From: a virus
Lineage: Duplodnaviria; Heunggongvirae; Uroviricota; Caudoviricetes
DNA length: 41,300 nucleotides
Direction: 5' to 3' (one strand)
Virus record (IMG/VR): IMGVR_UViG_2778261153_000009
Span: 1 to 41,300 of that record
Positions within the stretch are counted from its first letter, which is position 1; each line of letters starts with the position of its first letter. Under the pieces are notes generated by a model, which was not told the origin of the DNA, did not search any database, and saw only the letters and a program-made list of their open reading frames with translations. Positions 9,300 to 18,297 of this stretch are shown in pieces. The position numbers and the translations under genes are program-made.

Positions 9300-9407
9300 T
9301 GTTGCTCTCCAATAATTTTTCAATTTGTAATATAACCTATATCTATATGTTAATAAATTACTTATATGTTCTTTTATGGCAGAGTTTGAATTCGTACGTG
9401 CTGATTT

Positions 9408-9944
9408 TTACGACTCAGTTAACTCTTTAAAGCGTTCCATAAACATCCCGTAGGCATGGCCCGGTGCCAGTGGAATCACGTTGAACATCTCTGTTGCCGG
9501 GATACCTTCCAGTACGGGCCAGAAAGAGCCATCATCAAGCCCGAGATCGCGGCGTTCGGTTGCCAGCATGATGAGATCGGCATATTTCACGGGCGTACTC
9601 ATAACCGGGGGTAACCCGTATTTCTCACGGATTACGGCGTCTATTTTTTCTTCCATCCGTTTATAGTCAGGAAGAAGGCGTTTCAGTGGAGCCGGGATGT
9701 CCTGGCAATACGCTTCTGTTGCATCATGCATTAACGCTTCAAAAGCAAATTCCTGCGGTACCAGCTGGCTGCAAAGCACCGCATGTTGGGCGACGCTGTA
9801 GAAGTGTGAAAGATGGCCGGCAAAGCGACAGATATTTGAAAGGGAAACCGCGATATCGTTAATATCGATGTTGTCTTTATTTATCCTGTCATAATAAAAA
9901 TGTTTCCCGGAAAAAGTTTTAATAAATGACATTTTGTTCTCCAC
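9408..9944 (-). CDS. yfdR: HD-domain phosphohydrolase (YfdR-like)
   Basis: 178 aa; HD-type metal-binding motifs (H..HD); length and sequence match my recollection of CPS-53 YfdR. Confidence 0.65.
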   Translation of the reverse strand: MENKMSFIKTFSGKHFYYDRINKDNIDINDIAVSLSNICRFAGHLSHFYSVAQHAVLCSQLVPQEFAFEALMHDATEAYCQDIPAPLKRLLPDYKRMEEKIDAVIREKYGLPPVMSTPVKYADLIMLATERRDLGLDDGSFWPVLEGIPATEMFNVIPLAPGHAYGMFMERFKELTES

Positions 9945-10060
9945 GTTATATGCGCTGCACCGCGCTGAATTTTGGTTAAAGAAAACCCTCGCCTTCAGGC
10001 GATTATTGAGTCAATTACGTTTCCATAAATGCCCCCGCAGGGGCATTTGCAGTAATGAAA

Positions 10061-10885
10061 TCAGGCGGTGAAAGTCCCAATAAAGGTTTCTACTTTGCTG
10101 TCCTTGAATTTCTCAACAAGCAGATCACGAAATTCGTTAGCCATATCTTCCTGCACCGCTTCCAGCTGAATAATGCGCAGAACCAGTACAGGACGATCGC
10201 CAGTGATAATGCTGAGGCGTAATTTAAACGGACGTTCTTTCAGACCTTCAAACGGAACGCATTTAAACTCAAATGCCACTGGCATAATGTCTTTGGTCTT
10301 CGCTTCGACAGACTCCATCAGGGAGCGTTTGCCGCTGAAGTCATTATCTTCAAAATCAGCAGTCTGGTTTGCTTCAATCGTGATTTTACGGACCGCCGCA
10401 GCCGCTTTTGTTGCCTGAATGGTGTCACCATTAGCATCAAAGCCCACAAGGTAGTCGGCCCAGTCTTCGATCCATTCTGCCAGTGACTTCTGGGAGTTAC
10501 GCTCGCCGTTAACAGACAACAGAGCAGAGAACGGTGCTGTCTTTTTCAGTTTGAGAGTGGCAGTGTTATCTGCGTGACCTGGCTCATCAATAGTACCCAG
10601 GTTAAGCACACTGACGGCACGCATATTATCGGCATCGATAAAGCAGCGGGTGCCTTCATCTGCAAGATCTTTAGAATAACGGGTAAAATCATCGATGCTG
10701 GCAGTGGAAAGTGCACCACGGAAACGGAAGCGATTTAAATTAAATTTTTCCAGATCATGAATGCGGAAATTCTCAGGCAATGCCACAGCATCGGCACCAA
10801 TCTTACTGATAATTTCATTAACACCCTGAGCAGAAATAAGGGCATGGATTTGATTAATTGCGGTTGCGTCTAAGTTCTGAGACAT
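10061..10885 (-). CDS. yfdQ: DUF2303-family prophage protein (YfdQ-like)
   Basis: 274 aa; position and length match yfdQ in the yfdP-Q-R arrangement. Confidence 0.6.
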   Translation of the reverse strand: MSQNLDATAINQIHALISAQGVNEIISKIGADAVALPENFRIHDLEKFNLNRFRFRGALSTASIDDFTRYSKDLADEGTRCFIDADNMRAVSVLNLGTIDEPGHADNTATLKLKKTAPFSALLSVNGERNSQKSLAEWIEDWADYLVGFDANGDTIQATKAAAAVRKITIEANQTADFEDNDFSGKRSLMESVEAKTKDIMPVAFEFKCVPFEGLKERPFKLRLSIITGDRPVLVLRIIQLEAVQEDMANEFRDLLVEKFKDSKVETFIGTFTA

Positions 10886-10950
10886 AATAAGTCCTCACTA
10901 TATAAAGATATTCAGTGATGAGATAAATAATCAGTTTATTACGAACGATA

Positions 10951-11313
10951 TTAACGACCTGCTGCGCGGAGTTTTCCGTCAGGTTCACCGGCAAGAGTCA
11001 GTAATTGTCCCTGGTCTTCCTGCAGAATAGTCAGGCGACCACCGCGATTGACATACATCGGCGTTTCGGTGGTGTCTTCTTCGGAAATTTTCCCGCGGTT
11101 AGTTGGGCGAACATATGAGAGTTTGTGTTTGATTTTCACACGGTTCTCATCAAACGGTTCGATTTCCAGGTTGAGCGAGACCTTACCTTTGGTTTTCGTG
11201 TTCATCACACCGGAAGCGACTTCACTGAGAACTGCGCCGATTTTGGTTTCAAATACGCCGCCGTCCAGCTCCCCGATAAATGCCTGCACATCAGTACTGC
11301 GTTCGCTAGCCAT
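10951..11313 (-). CDS. yfdP: Prophage protein (YfdP-like)
   Basis: 120 aa from ATG at 11313 with SD GAGGAG; upstream part of the longer ORF is GC-rich leader, not coding. Confidence 0.55.
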   Translation of the reverse strand: MASERSTDVQAFIGELDGGVFETKIGAVLSEVASGVMNTKTKGKVSLNLEIEPFDENRVKIKHKLSYVRPTNRGKISEEDTTETPMYVNRGGRLTILQEDQGQLLTLAGEPDGKLRAAGR

Positions 11314-11781
11314 TTTGCTGCTCCTCATCATATCGACCCTGCAAGGTCGGTTAGTTTCTCCACAAAACAGAGAAGAACACCTGCGGTGACTGCCGCCCGG
11401 ATGGATTGGGTTATGAGCCCGTCGTCCGGTGATGCTCTTCTCTGTTTTGTAAAAAGGACGGTACCAGCCGGAAGCAAGGGTACAAGCTGGTACCGCCAGG
11501 ACTACACACAGCATAAAGTTGTGGTGCCGGGTGCCTCCCGGTGCCTGGCGAAGGTTGCACACCAGGCGGGTGGGTATCCACAGAAGGTCGACTGTCAGCC
11601 TCAACCTTAACCCGCGTGCGCTGAGCCGCATTCACCACAACGCTAAGGATTCTCTCTGGTTGAAAATACTTAGCTGTTATGTGCCTGCTTTTAGCCACAT
11701 CAGGCGAGGTGGACCTGGTTATTCCCCAACAACAAGGATTCGGTTAATCTGGTTATCCCCAACAACGCAAAAGGAAAAGAA
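11314..11781. promoter_or_regulatory. GC-rich structured non-coding region between divergent genes (leader/regulatory or ncRNA)
   Basis: 15-bp perfect inverted repeat 11362..11376 / 11436..11450; 9-bp inverted repeat 11460..11468 / 11486..11494; two direct repeats CTGGTTATYCCCAACAAC at 11715..11733 and 11749..11766. Confidence 0.35.
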
Positions 11782-12216
11782 ATGTCCGGTAATATCTATA
11801 CGCTGTACAAATCCCACTGTGAAAATGTTGGAAAGTATCGGGGCATTGAAATCAGTGGGGTAGTGTCATCAGTCGAAATAAGCAAAGTTGAATCAAGGGC
11901 AACATTACTTACTCTTTTGGACCTTGTCTTACATGAGCACCGGAAGAAATTCGGCACTCCCTATAATCAGTTGAATGGGAAAAAGGCTCTGGTTCACCTT
12001 ATTCTGATGAAGCATCACTGGATGCCAAAACAGATTAATGAGATGAAATTTGATGAACTTCTTCTTTCAATTCAGGATGAACTCACACTTGATAAAATAA
12101 GCGTAACCGCCCAGAAATTTTTAGATTATCGAGACTGGAGATCACAAATTCATCACTTTGATGATTTTGACGAAAATGAATGGGATCCTAATTTGTCTGC
12201 ACAATATCTAAAGTAA
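11782..12216 (+). CDS. Hypothetical protein, oriented against the early-left operon
   Basis: 144-aa ORF, ATG preceded by AAAAGGAAAAG; no family recognised. Confidence 0.5.
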   Translation: MSGNIYTLYKSHCENVGKYRGIEISGVVSSVEISKVESRATLLTLLDLVLHEHRKKFGTPYNQLNGKKALVHLILMKHHWMPKQINEMKFDELLLSIQDELTLDKISVTAQKFLDYRDWRSQIHHFDDFDENEWDPNLSAQYLK

Positions 12217-12394
12217 CATCCTGTGATAAAACCGTGATTTCCTGATCCAGTTTTTTTAAGGAGTCTATTGTTTCCTGTCGATAAGACAGCACTTCACGAA
12301 GCTGGTTTATAGCTGCCAGCTTCTTTGTCATCCACTCATAAATTTCCTCATCTGTGTAGCCAGGCGCGACGATTTTGGGTTCTGTTTTGTGCAT
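12188..12394 (-). CDS. Small hypothetical protein
   Basis: ATG at 12394 with SD GAGGAG 7 nt upstream. Confidence 0.4.
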   Translation of the reverse strand: MHKTEPKIVAPGYTDEEIYEWMTKKLAAINQLREVLSYRQETIDSLKKLDQEITVLSQDVTLDIVQTN

Positions 12395-12453
12395 TTCACA
12401 TCTCCTCAAGTTATCAGTTACTTGTTGATGGGGACCAGATTGTTAAAGAGCTA

Positions 12454-12477
12454 AGCGTCCTGTAGGGCGCTTTTTTG
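12454..12477 (+). terminator. Putative intrinsic terminator
   Basis: AGCGTCC-TGTA-GGGCGCT stem followed by TTTTTT. Confidence 0.4.
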
Positions 12478-12689
12478 TTGCTAACGAATCATCCTGGACT
12501 TCATATGCCCCAGGCGGCTACTTCGTGGGCGTCCTGCCTGTTCGTTTTTGACATTTACTGACTGCTTACGACACATGCACCGTGTTGCAACCAGATTTTG
12601 TTGTAATCCTGTAGTTGGTCTGGAACAAAAGATAAAATTAAATTGCGATATATGCAAGTGATTTTTGCGAAATATGCAAATTTATAGGT

Positions 12690-12713
12690 AATAAAAAGCC
12701 ACCTTTCGGTGGC
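12690..12713 (-). terminator. Putative intrinsic terminator downstream of repressor gene
   Basis: GCCACC-GAAA-GGTGGC hairpin followed by T-run on minus strand. Confidence 0.45.
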
Positions 12714-12733
12714 CGATGGATGGGATATTGAGG

Positions 12734-13426
12734 TTAATTATGTCTCTTAAGGGTTTGCGACTGACTGATTAAGACCTTTCCAAAGACCATGAATCGGTGT
12801 TCGTTTTCGCTAGTAATTCCCCATTCACGGTAAATCTGGTTATCAGAAATCACCAGCAGTTTGTCAGGAATCATTTGAAGTCTTTTAACGTATATTTTGT
12901 CATCAAAACCAAAGACATATATACCATCACCATCAAACTGATTGATGCTGACATCAACGAAGATGAGATCTCCTGGCTCAATGGTTGGACACATACTGTC
13001 CCCACGAACGTTGATAACTTTGATGTGATTGGCTGGTCGTCCGCCGAACATTGATACAGCATTATCAGTTCTGTATTCGATGGCATGAATCACATCAATG
13101 ACATCACCGCCCTGGATAAGGCCATTTCCCGCACTGGCACTGATATCCAGCATTTCAATACGGAACACATCCTTCACCTGCGCAACATCCTCATTATTAC
13201 TGTTTTTATATACAGTATTACTTTTGTGGGCAGAGGTAAAGAGATCAGCAATATCAACACCTAAGCTCTTGGCAATATTACTCAGTGTTTGTTCGGTAAA
13301 TTGTTTTTGCTTACCCGTTTCTAAGCGCGAGATGTTCGCCGCATCTACTCCTATTGCTTCAGCGAGATCGGCGATTTTCATGTTCTTCGCTTGGCGAAGT
13401 TGTCTGACTCGGTTTCCTATGTTCAT
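12734..13426 (-). CDS. CI-like phage repressor (HTH + S24 LexA-like peptidase domain)
   Basis: N-terminal HTH MNIGNRVRQLRQAKNMKIADLAEAIGVDAANISRLE; C-terminal autocleavage-type domain; divergent from cro-like gene. Confidence 0.85.
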   Translation of the reverse strand: MNIGNRVRQLRQAKNMKIADLAEAIGVDAANISRLETGKQKQFTEQTLSNIAKSLGVDIADLFTSAHKSNTVYKNSNNEDVAQVKDVFRIEMLDISASAGNGLIQGGDVIDVIHAIEYRTDNAVSMFGGRPANHIKVINVRGDSMCPTIEPGDLIFVDVSINQFDGDGIYVFGFDDKIYVKRLQMIPDKLLVISDNQIYREWGITSENEHRFMVFGKVLISQSQTLKRHN

Positions 13427-13523
13427 GCGTTTATTACATTTCTTTATTGCGTGATAAGCAAATCAACTTGCGCAAAATAATTGCGTGAAATAACATGCAT
13501 AACGCGCAATATCTGGAGGACAT
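13427..13523. promoter_or_regulatory. Immunity operator/promoter region (OR-like)
   Basis: Four copies of TTGCG(T/C)(G/A)A at 13447, 13468 (palindrome TTGCGCAA), 13481 and ~13502 between divergent cI-like and cro-like genes. Confidence 0.5.
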
Positions 13524-13784
13524 ATGCAATCACCATTACGAAATGTGCGTAAGGCGCATGGTTTCACTTTGCAGCATGTTGCTGCGGGTGTTCAAGTCAA
13601 TCCAGCGACGTTGAGTCGTATTGAGAGGCTGGAGCAGATTCCATCTATCGAGCTTGCAGAACGTTTAGCCAATTTTTTTAAGGGTGAAGTCAGCGAAATG
13701 CAGATTCTTTATCCGGCACGTTTTCAATCTAGCCAAAATCAGAATGGGTTTAAACCACAGGAACAGGAGGTGAACCGTGGGTAA
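13524..13784 (+). CDS. Cro-like HTH regulator
   Basis: 86-aa HTH protein, SD GGAGGA, transcribed divergently from repressor. Confidence 0.6.
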   Translation: MQSPLRNVRKAHGFTLQHVAAGVQVNPATLSRIERLEQIPSIELAERLANFFKGEVSEMQILYPARFQSSQNQNGFKPQEQEVNRG

Positions 13785-14328
13785 GCATCACTGGAAAGTA
13801 GAAAAACAGCCTGAGTGGTACGTGAAAGCTGTCAGAAAAACTATCGCAGCGTTGCCGGGGGGGTACGCTGAAGCTGCTGACTGGCTGGATGTAACAGAGA
13901 ACGCTTTATTCAACCGCCTTCGTGCCGATGGCGATCAGATTTTCCCGCTGGGATGGGCAATGATTTTGCAACGTGCTGGTGGAACTCACTTCATTGCTGA
14001 CGCTGTGGCGCAGTCTGCAAATGGCGTCTTTGTGTCTCTTCCTGACGTCGAGGATGTGGACAACGCCGATATTAACCAGCGCCTGCTGGAAGTCATTGAA
14101 CAGATCGGCAGTTATTCAAAACAGATTCGTTCAGCAATTGAAGACGGTGTAGTGGAACCGCATGAGAAGACAGCAATTAACGACGAGCTGTACCTCTCAA
14201 TTTCGAAGCTGCAGGAGCATGCAGCACTGGTCTACAAAATTTTTTGCATTTCAGAAAGTAATGACGCCCGCGAGTGTGCAGCTCCGGGCGCCGTGGCGTG
14301 TCGTGACTGTGGAGAAACTAACGCATGA
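13777..14328 (+). CDS. CII-like phage regulatory protein (CP76 family)
   Basis: 183 aa; position after cro; resembles CII/CP76-type regulators as I recall them. Confidence 0.5.
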   Translation: MGKHHWKVEKQPEWYVKAVRKTIAALPGGYAEAADWLDVTENALFNRLRADGDQIFPLGWAMILQRAGGTHFIADAVAQSANGVFVSLPDVEDVDNADINQRLLEVIEQIGSYSKQIRSAIEDGVVEPHEKTAINDELYLSISKLQEHAALVYKIFCISESNDARECAAPGAVACRDCGETNA

Positions 14329-14663
14329 ACAGTTTAACAACACACTACCGTCGCTCGCAACTGATTGCGCTTCCTGTACCGGGTGGAAAAGCGAAGGTGG
14401 AGTATTGCTATGCAGTAAATGTACCAGGTGACAGGGAAATTGTAACCCACAGCTTTGCAGAGTGGGCTGTGGGTGATTTCAACCGGCAGAAGGAGACAGT
14501 CCTTTGCGACAAGTTAACCGCTGGTTCAAAGATCACTACGGAGTGCCCGTCAGAGTCATTCGTTGGGAGCCGGAAACACAACGGGTTATCTACCTCCGCG
14601 AAGGCTATGAGCATGAGTGCTTCAGCCCGCTCGAACAGTTTCGTCGTAAATTCAGGGAAATAG
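14325..14663 (+). CDS. Hypothetical protein
   Basis: ORF in operon context, overlapping stop/start with neighbours. Confidence 0.35.
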   Translation: MNSLTTHYRRSQLIALPVPGGKAKVEYCYAVNVPGDREIVTHSFAEWAVGDFNRQKETVLCDKLTAGSKITTECPSESFVGSRKHNGLSTSAKAMSMSASARSNSFVVNSGK

Positions 14664-14672
14664 AGGTCGGTC

Positions 14673-15614
14673 ATGAGCACTAAATTAACCGGCTATGTAT
14701 GGGATGGTTGCGCTGCATCAGGCATGAAATTATCCAGCGTGGCAATTATGGCCCGCCTGGCTGATTTCAGTAATGACGAAGGTGTGTGCTGGCCATCAAT
14801 TGAAACCATTGCCCGCCAGATTGGCGCGGGGATGAGTACCGTCAGAACGGCTATCGCACGGCTGGAAGCAGAAGGCTGGTTAACGCGTAAGGCGCGTCGC
14901 CAGGGTAACCGCAATGCGTCGAATGTTTATCAGCTTAACGTTGCGAAGCTTCAGGCAGCGGCATTTTCTCAACTGTCAGATTCTGACCCGTCAAAATCTG
15001 ACGCATCAAAATCTGACCCGTCAAAATTTGATGCGTCGAAATCTGGCAAAAAAGCGGGTTTTCACCCGTCAGAATCTGGCGGGGATCCGTCAGTAAAATC
15101 AAAACATGATCCGTCAGATAAAAAAACTTCTCGTCCGGACGCTTCGCAACCGGACACGCAGACGGATGAACAGGATTTTTTAACTCGCCATCCTGATGCG
15201 GTTGTATTCAGCCCTAAAAAGCGCCAGTGGGGAACGCAGGATGATTTGACCTGCGCACAGTGGCTCTGGAAAAAAATCATCGCCCTGTACGAGCAGGCCG
15301 CCGAATGTGACGGCGAGGTGGTTCGTCCCAAAGAACCGAACTGGACAGCCTGGGCAAACGAAATTCGCCTGATGTGTGTGCAGGATGGTCGTACTCACAA
15401 ACAAATCTGCGAGATGTACAGCCGCGTCAGCCGCGATCCGTTCTGGTGCCGTAACGTGCTCAGCCCGTCGAAGCTGCGGGAAAAATGGGATGAGCTTTCC
15501 CTGCGCTTATCGCCGTCCGTAAGCACGTACACTGAAAAACGCGAAGACCCGTACTTCAAATCCAGTTACGACAACGTGGACTACAGCCAGATCCCGGCAG
15601 GATTCAGGGGGTGA
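14673..15614 (+). CDS. Phage replication initiator (O-like; HTH N-terminus, DnaT-like C-terminus)
   Basis: N-terminal winged-helix-like region, repetitive S/D/K linker encoded by iterons, C-terminal replication domain. Confidence 0.7.
   Translation: MSTKLTGYVWDGCAASGMKLSSVAIMARLADFSNDEGVCWPSIETIARQIGAGMSTVRTAIARLEAEGWLTRKARRQGNRNASNVYQLNVAKLQAAAFSQLSDSDPSKSDASKSDPSKFDASKSGKKAGFHPSESGGDPSVKSKHDPSDKKTSRPDASQPDTQTDEQDFLTRHPDAVVFSPKKRQWGTQDDLTCAQWLWKKIIALYEQAAECDGEVVRPKEPNWTAWANEIRLMCVQDGRTHKQICEMYSRVSRDPFWCRNVLSPSKLREKWDELSLRLSPSVSTYTEKREDPYFKSSYDNVDYSQIPAGFRG
14977..15125. repeat. Iteron array (putative phage origin) inside the initiator gene
   Basis: 6-7 imperfect direct repeats of CCGTCA(A/G)AATCTGA followed by an A-rich stretch. 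Confidence 0.6.
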
Positions 15615-16105
15615 TCATGAGTCTGTTAAATGACGTTCAGAAATTCATTGAAGCCCATCCGGGGTGTACTTCCGGAGACATTGCGGATGCTTTTGCTGGT
15701 TACTCACGGCAGCGCGTTCTGCAGTCAGCAAGCAAGTTACGTCAGAGTGGGCGTGTGGCTCACCGTTGTGAAGGGGATACACGCAGACATTTCCCGCGCC
15801 TGACTGAGAGAGCGCAGGAGCCGGAACCACAACCAGTTCGTGAAACCAGACCTGCGCGCAATTTCTATGTCGGCACTAACGATCCCCGGGTGATTTTGTG
15901 CCTGACCCGCCAGGCGGAAGAACTGGAGTCAAGGGGCTTATACCGTCGTGCTGCAACCGTGTGGATGGCGGCATTCCGTGAAAGCCACTCCCAGCCAGAA
16001 CGAAACAATTTTCTGGCGCGTCGTGAGCGGTGCTTACGGAAAAGCAGCAAGCACGCTGCATCGGGTGAAGAGTGGTATCTGTCAGGGAATTACGTGGGGG
16101 CTTAA
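15611..16105 (+). CDS. PerC-like regulatory protein (putative)
   Basis: Motif AEELESRGLYRRAATVWMAA resembles PerC-family signature. Confidence 0.4.
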   Translation: MIMSLLNDVQKFIEAHPGCTSGDIADAFAGYSRQRVLQSASKLRQSGRVAHRCEGDTRRHFPRLTERAQEPEPQPVRETRPARNFYVGTNDPRVILCLTRQAEELESRGLYRRAATVWMAAFRESHSQPERNNFLARRERCLRKSSKHAASGEEWYLSGNYVGA

Positions 16106-16758
16106 TGAGTAATAAATATTGCCAGGCGCTGGTGGAACTGCGGAATAAACCAGCCCATGAACTGAAGGAAGTGGGAGATCAGTGGCGCACGCCGGATAAC
16201 ATTTTCTGGGGAATTAACACCCTGTTTGGTCCGTTTGTTCTGGATCTGTTCACTGACGGTGATAACGCCAAATGTGCCGCGTATTACACGGCGGAAGACA
16301 ACGCGCTGGCGCATGACTGGTCAGAACGTCTTGCGGAGCTTAAAGGTGCTGCCTTTGGTAATCCCCCATACAGCCGCGCCAGTCAGCATGAGGGGCAATA
16401 CATCACCGGCATGCGTTACATCATGAAACATGCCAGTGCCATGCGTGATAAGGGCGGGCGCTATGTTTTCCTGATCAAAGCTGCCACCAGCGAAGTGTGG
16501 TGGCCGGAAGATGCGGACCATATTGCTTTTATTCGCGGGCGTATTGGTTTTGAACTGCCTGCCTGGTTTATCCCGAAGGATGAGAAGCAGGTGCCGACAG
16601 GCGCTTTCTTCGCTGGTGCTATTGCTGTTTTCGACAAGACCTGGAAGGGACCGGCAATCAGCTACATCGGGCGCGATGAACTTGAGGCATGTGGTGAAGC
16701 CTTTCTGGTGCAGGTTCGCCAGCAGGCGGAAAAACTGGTCAGGGAGATGGCGGCATGA
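16105..16758 (+). CDS. Phage N6-adenine DNA methyltransferase (Dam-like)
   Basis: FGNPPYS catalytic motif; ATG overlaps upstream stop (TAATG). Confidence 0.75.
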   Translation: MSNKYCQALVELRNKPAHELKEVGDQWRTPDNIFWGINTLFGPFVLDLFTDGDNAKCAAYYTAEDNALAHDWSERLAELKGAAFGNPPYSRASQHEGQYITGMRYIMKHASAMRDKGGRYVFLIKAATSEVWWPEDADHIAFIRGRIGFELPAWFIPKDEKQVPTGAFFAGAIAVFDKTWKGPAISYIGRDELEACGEAFLVQVRQQAEKLVREMAA

Positions 16759-17081
16759 CGACGTTAACTCAATGCCAGCAGCAGGTGCTGGATATGCTGA
16801 TTTCTTACCAGAAAGAGCGTGGCTTTCCGCCAACCAATCAGGAGGTGGCAACCATGCTGGGATACCGTTCAGTGAATGCAGCGGTAGAGCATCTTCGTGC
16901 ACTGGAGAAAAAAGGCGTCATCACGATAAAGCGTGGCGTGGCCCGGGGGATAACGCTTCATACCGCGGTGAAGGACGACGACAGCGAGGCGGTCGGGATT
17001 ATCCGCACACTGCTTGCCGGTGAGGAAAACGCCAGGCTGCGTGCAGCCCACTGGTTACATGAGAGGGGGCTGAAAGTATGA
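16755..17081 (+). CDS. LexA-N-terminal-like DNA-binding protein
   Basis: QQVLDMLISYQKERGFPPTNQEVATMLGYRSVNAAVEHLRALEKKGVI resembles the LexA DNA-binding domain. Confidence 0.55.
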   Translation: MTTLTQCQQQVLDMLISYQKERGFPPTNQEVATMLGYRSVNAAVEHLRALEKKGVITIKRGVARGITLHTAVKDDDSEAVGIIRTLLAGEENARLRAAHWLHERGLKV

Positions 17082-17467
17082 AGCTGATCCTGCCTTTTCC
17101 ACCCAGCGTGAACACCTACTGGCGACACCCCAACAAAGGGGCATTTGCTGGTAAGAGCCTGATAAGCGCGGCGGGGCGAAAATTCCAGAGTGCGGCGTGC
17201 ACAGCAATAGTTGAGCAGTTACGTCGTCTGCCGAAACCAACGTCAGCACCTGCTTCAGTGGAGATCGTGTTGTTTCCTCCGGATAACCGGATCCGCGATC
17301 TGGACAACTATAACAAGGCGCTGTTTGACGCCCTGACTCACGCGGGTGTGTGGGAAGACGACAGCCAGGTGAAAAGAATGCTGGTGGAGTGGGGACCGGT
17401 TATCCCGGAAGGGAAGGTCGAGATCACTATCAGTAAGTATGAGAAACCGGCGGGTGCAGCCGCCTGA
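17078..17467 (+). CDS. rusA: Holliday junction resolvase RusA
   Basis: Motifs PSVNTYW and RDLDNYNKALFDAL. Confidence 0.8.
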   Translation: MKLILPFPPSVNTYWRHPNKGAFAGKSLISAAGRKFQSAACTAIVEQLRRLPKPTSAPASVEIVLFPPDNRIRDLDNYNKALFDALTHAGVWEDDSQVKRMLVEWGPVIPEGKVEITISKYEKPAGAAA

Positions 17468-17486
17468 TTAAGAGGAGAAACGAAGT

Positions 17487-18296
17487 ATGAATAATCTGAT
17501 GGTCATTGATGGTATTGAAGTTCGTCGTGATGCTTATGGGCGTTACAGCCTGAACGATCTGCACAGGGCAGCCGGGGGAGAACAAAAAAACCGCCCGAAA
17601 TACTGGCTCTCCAATAAGCAAACCTGTGAATTGATTGAACAACTTTTCACCGAGGGTGGAATTCCGCCTCTGGAACAAAATCAACCAGTTAGCGTCATTA
17701 ATGGCGGAAATAACCAGGGGACGTATGTCTGCAAAGAACTGGTGTATGCCTATGCAATGTGGATCAGCCCGTCATTCCATCTGAAGGTGATCCGTACTTT
17801 CGATATGGTAACCAGCGTACCGGAAAAATTATCCGGGCAGGCTGCTGACAAGATGCAGGCTGGAGTGATTCTGCTGGACTTTATGCGCCGGGAGTTAAAC
17901 CTGTCTAACTCTTCAGTGCTTGGGGCCTGTCAGAAACTCCAGGAGGCTGTTGGCTTACCGAATCTGGCACCGCGCTATGCCATTGATGCTCCTGCTGACG
18001 CGCCTGATGGCTCAAGTCGCCCGACACTGTCGCTGAGTGCACTGCTGAAACAGTATGGTATCCGCCTTACGGCTAATCAGGCATATCACCAGATGGCGAA
18101 GCTGGGGATCGTCGAGCAGCGCGAACGATACAGCCGTACCGCGATTAACAACATCAAAAAATTCTGGTCGCTGACGGCGAAAGGCTGCATGTTCGGCAAG
18201 AACATCACCAGTCCCGCAAATCCGCGCGAGACGCAGCCGCATTTCTTCGAATCCCGATTCCCTGAGCTGTTAAAGCTGCTCGATACCGTTCATTGA
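17487..18296 (+). CDS. KilA-N domain protein (antirepressor-like)
   Basis: N-terminal KilA-N-like sequence YSLNDLHRAAG...YWLSNKQTCELIEQL. Confidence 0.6.
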   Translation: MNNLMVIDGIEVRRDAYGRYSLNDLHRAAGGEQKNRPKYWLSNKQTCELIEQLFTEGGIPPLEQNQPVSVINGGNNQGTYVCKELVYAYAMWISPSFHLKVIRTFDMVTSVPEKLSGQAADKMQAGVILLDFMRRELNLSNSSVLGACQKLQEAVGLPNLAPRYAIDAPADAPDGSSRPTLSLSALLKQYGIRLTANQAYHQMAKLGIVEQRERYSRTAINNIKKFWSLTAKGCMFGKNITSPANPRETQPHFFESRFPELLKLLDTVH

Positions 18297-18297
18297 G

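Noticed and set aside
10028-10052. Perfect palindrome AAATGCCCC-GCA-GGGGCATTT between yfdQ-like and yfdR-like genes
   Set aside because: No U-run on either strand, so not a clear intrinsic terminator; possibly an RNA processing or protein-binding site but too little evidence to call.
10951-11631. Full 226-aa ORF for the yfdP-like gene
   Set aside because: The upstream 106 codons are GC-rich leader with structured repeats; the ATG at 11313 has a strong GAGGAG site and gives the expected ~120-aa product.
11411-11863. ORFs 11411..11698 (-) and 11519..11863 (+) in the GC-rich intergenic region
   Set aside because: Pro/Arg/Gly-rich low-complexity translations typical of non-coding GC-rich DNA, with no plausible ribosome-binding sites; region treated as regulatory or RNA instead.
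14162-15404. Overlapping or minus-strand ORFs across the CII-like and O-like genes
   Set aside because: Embedded in the confidently assigned replication/regulatory reading frames; no independent support.
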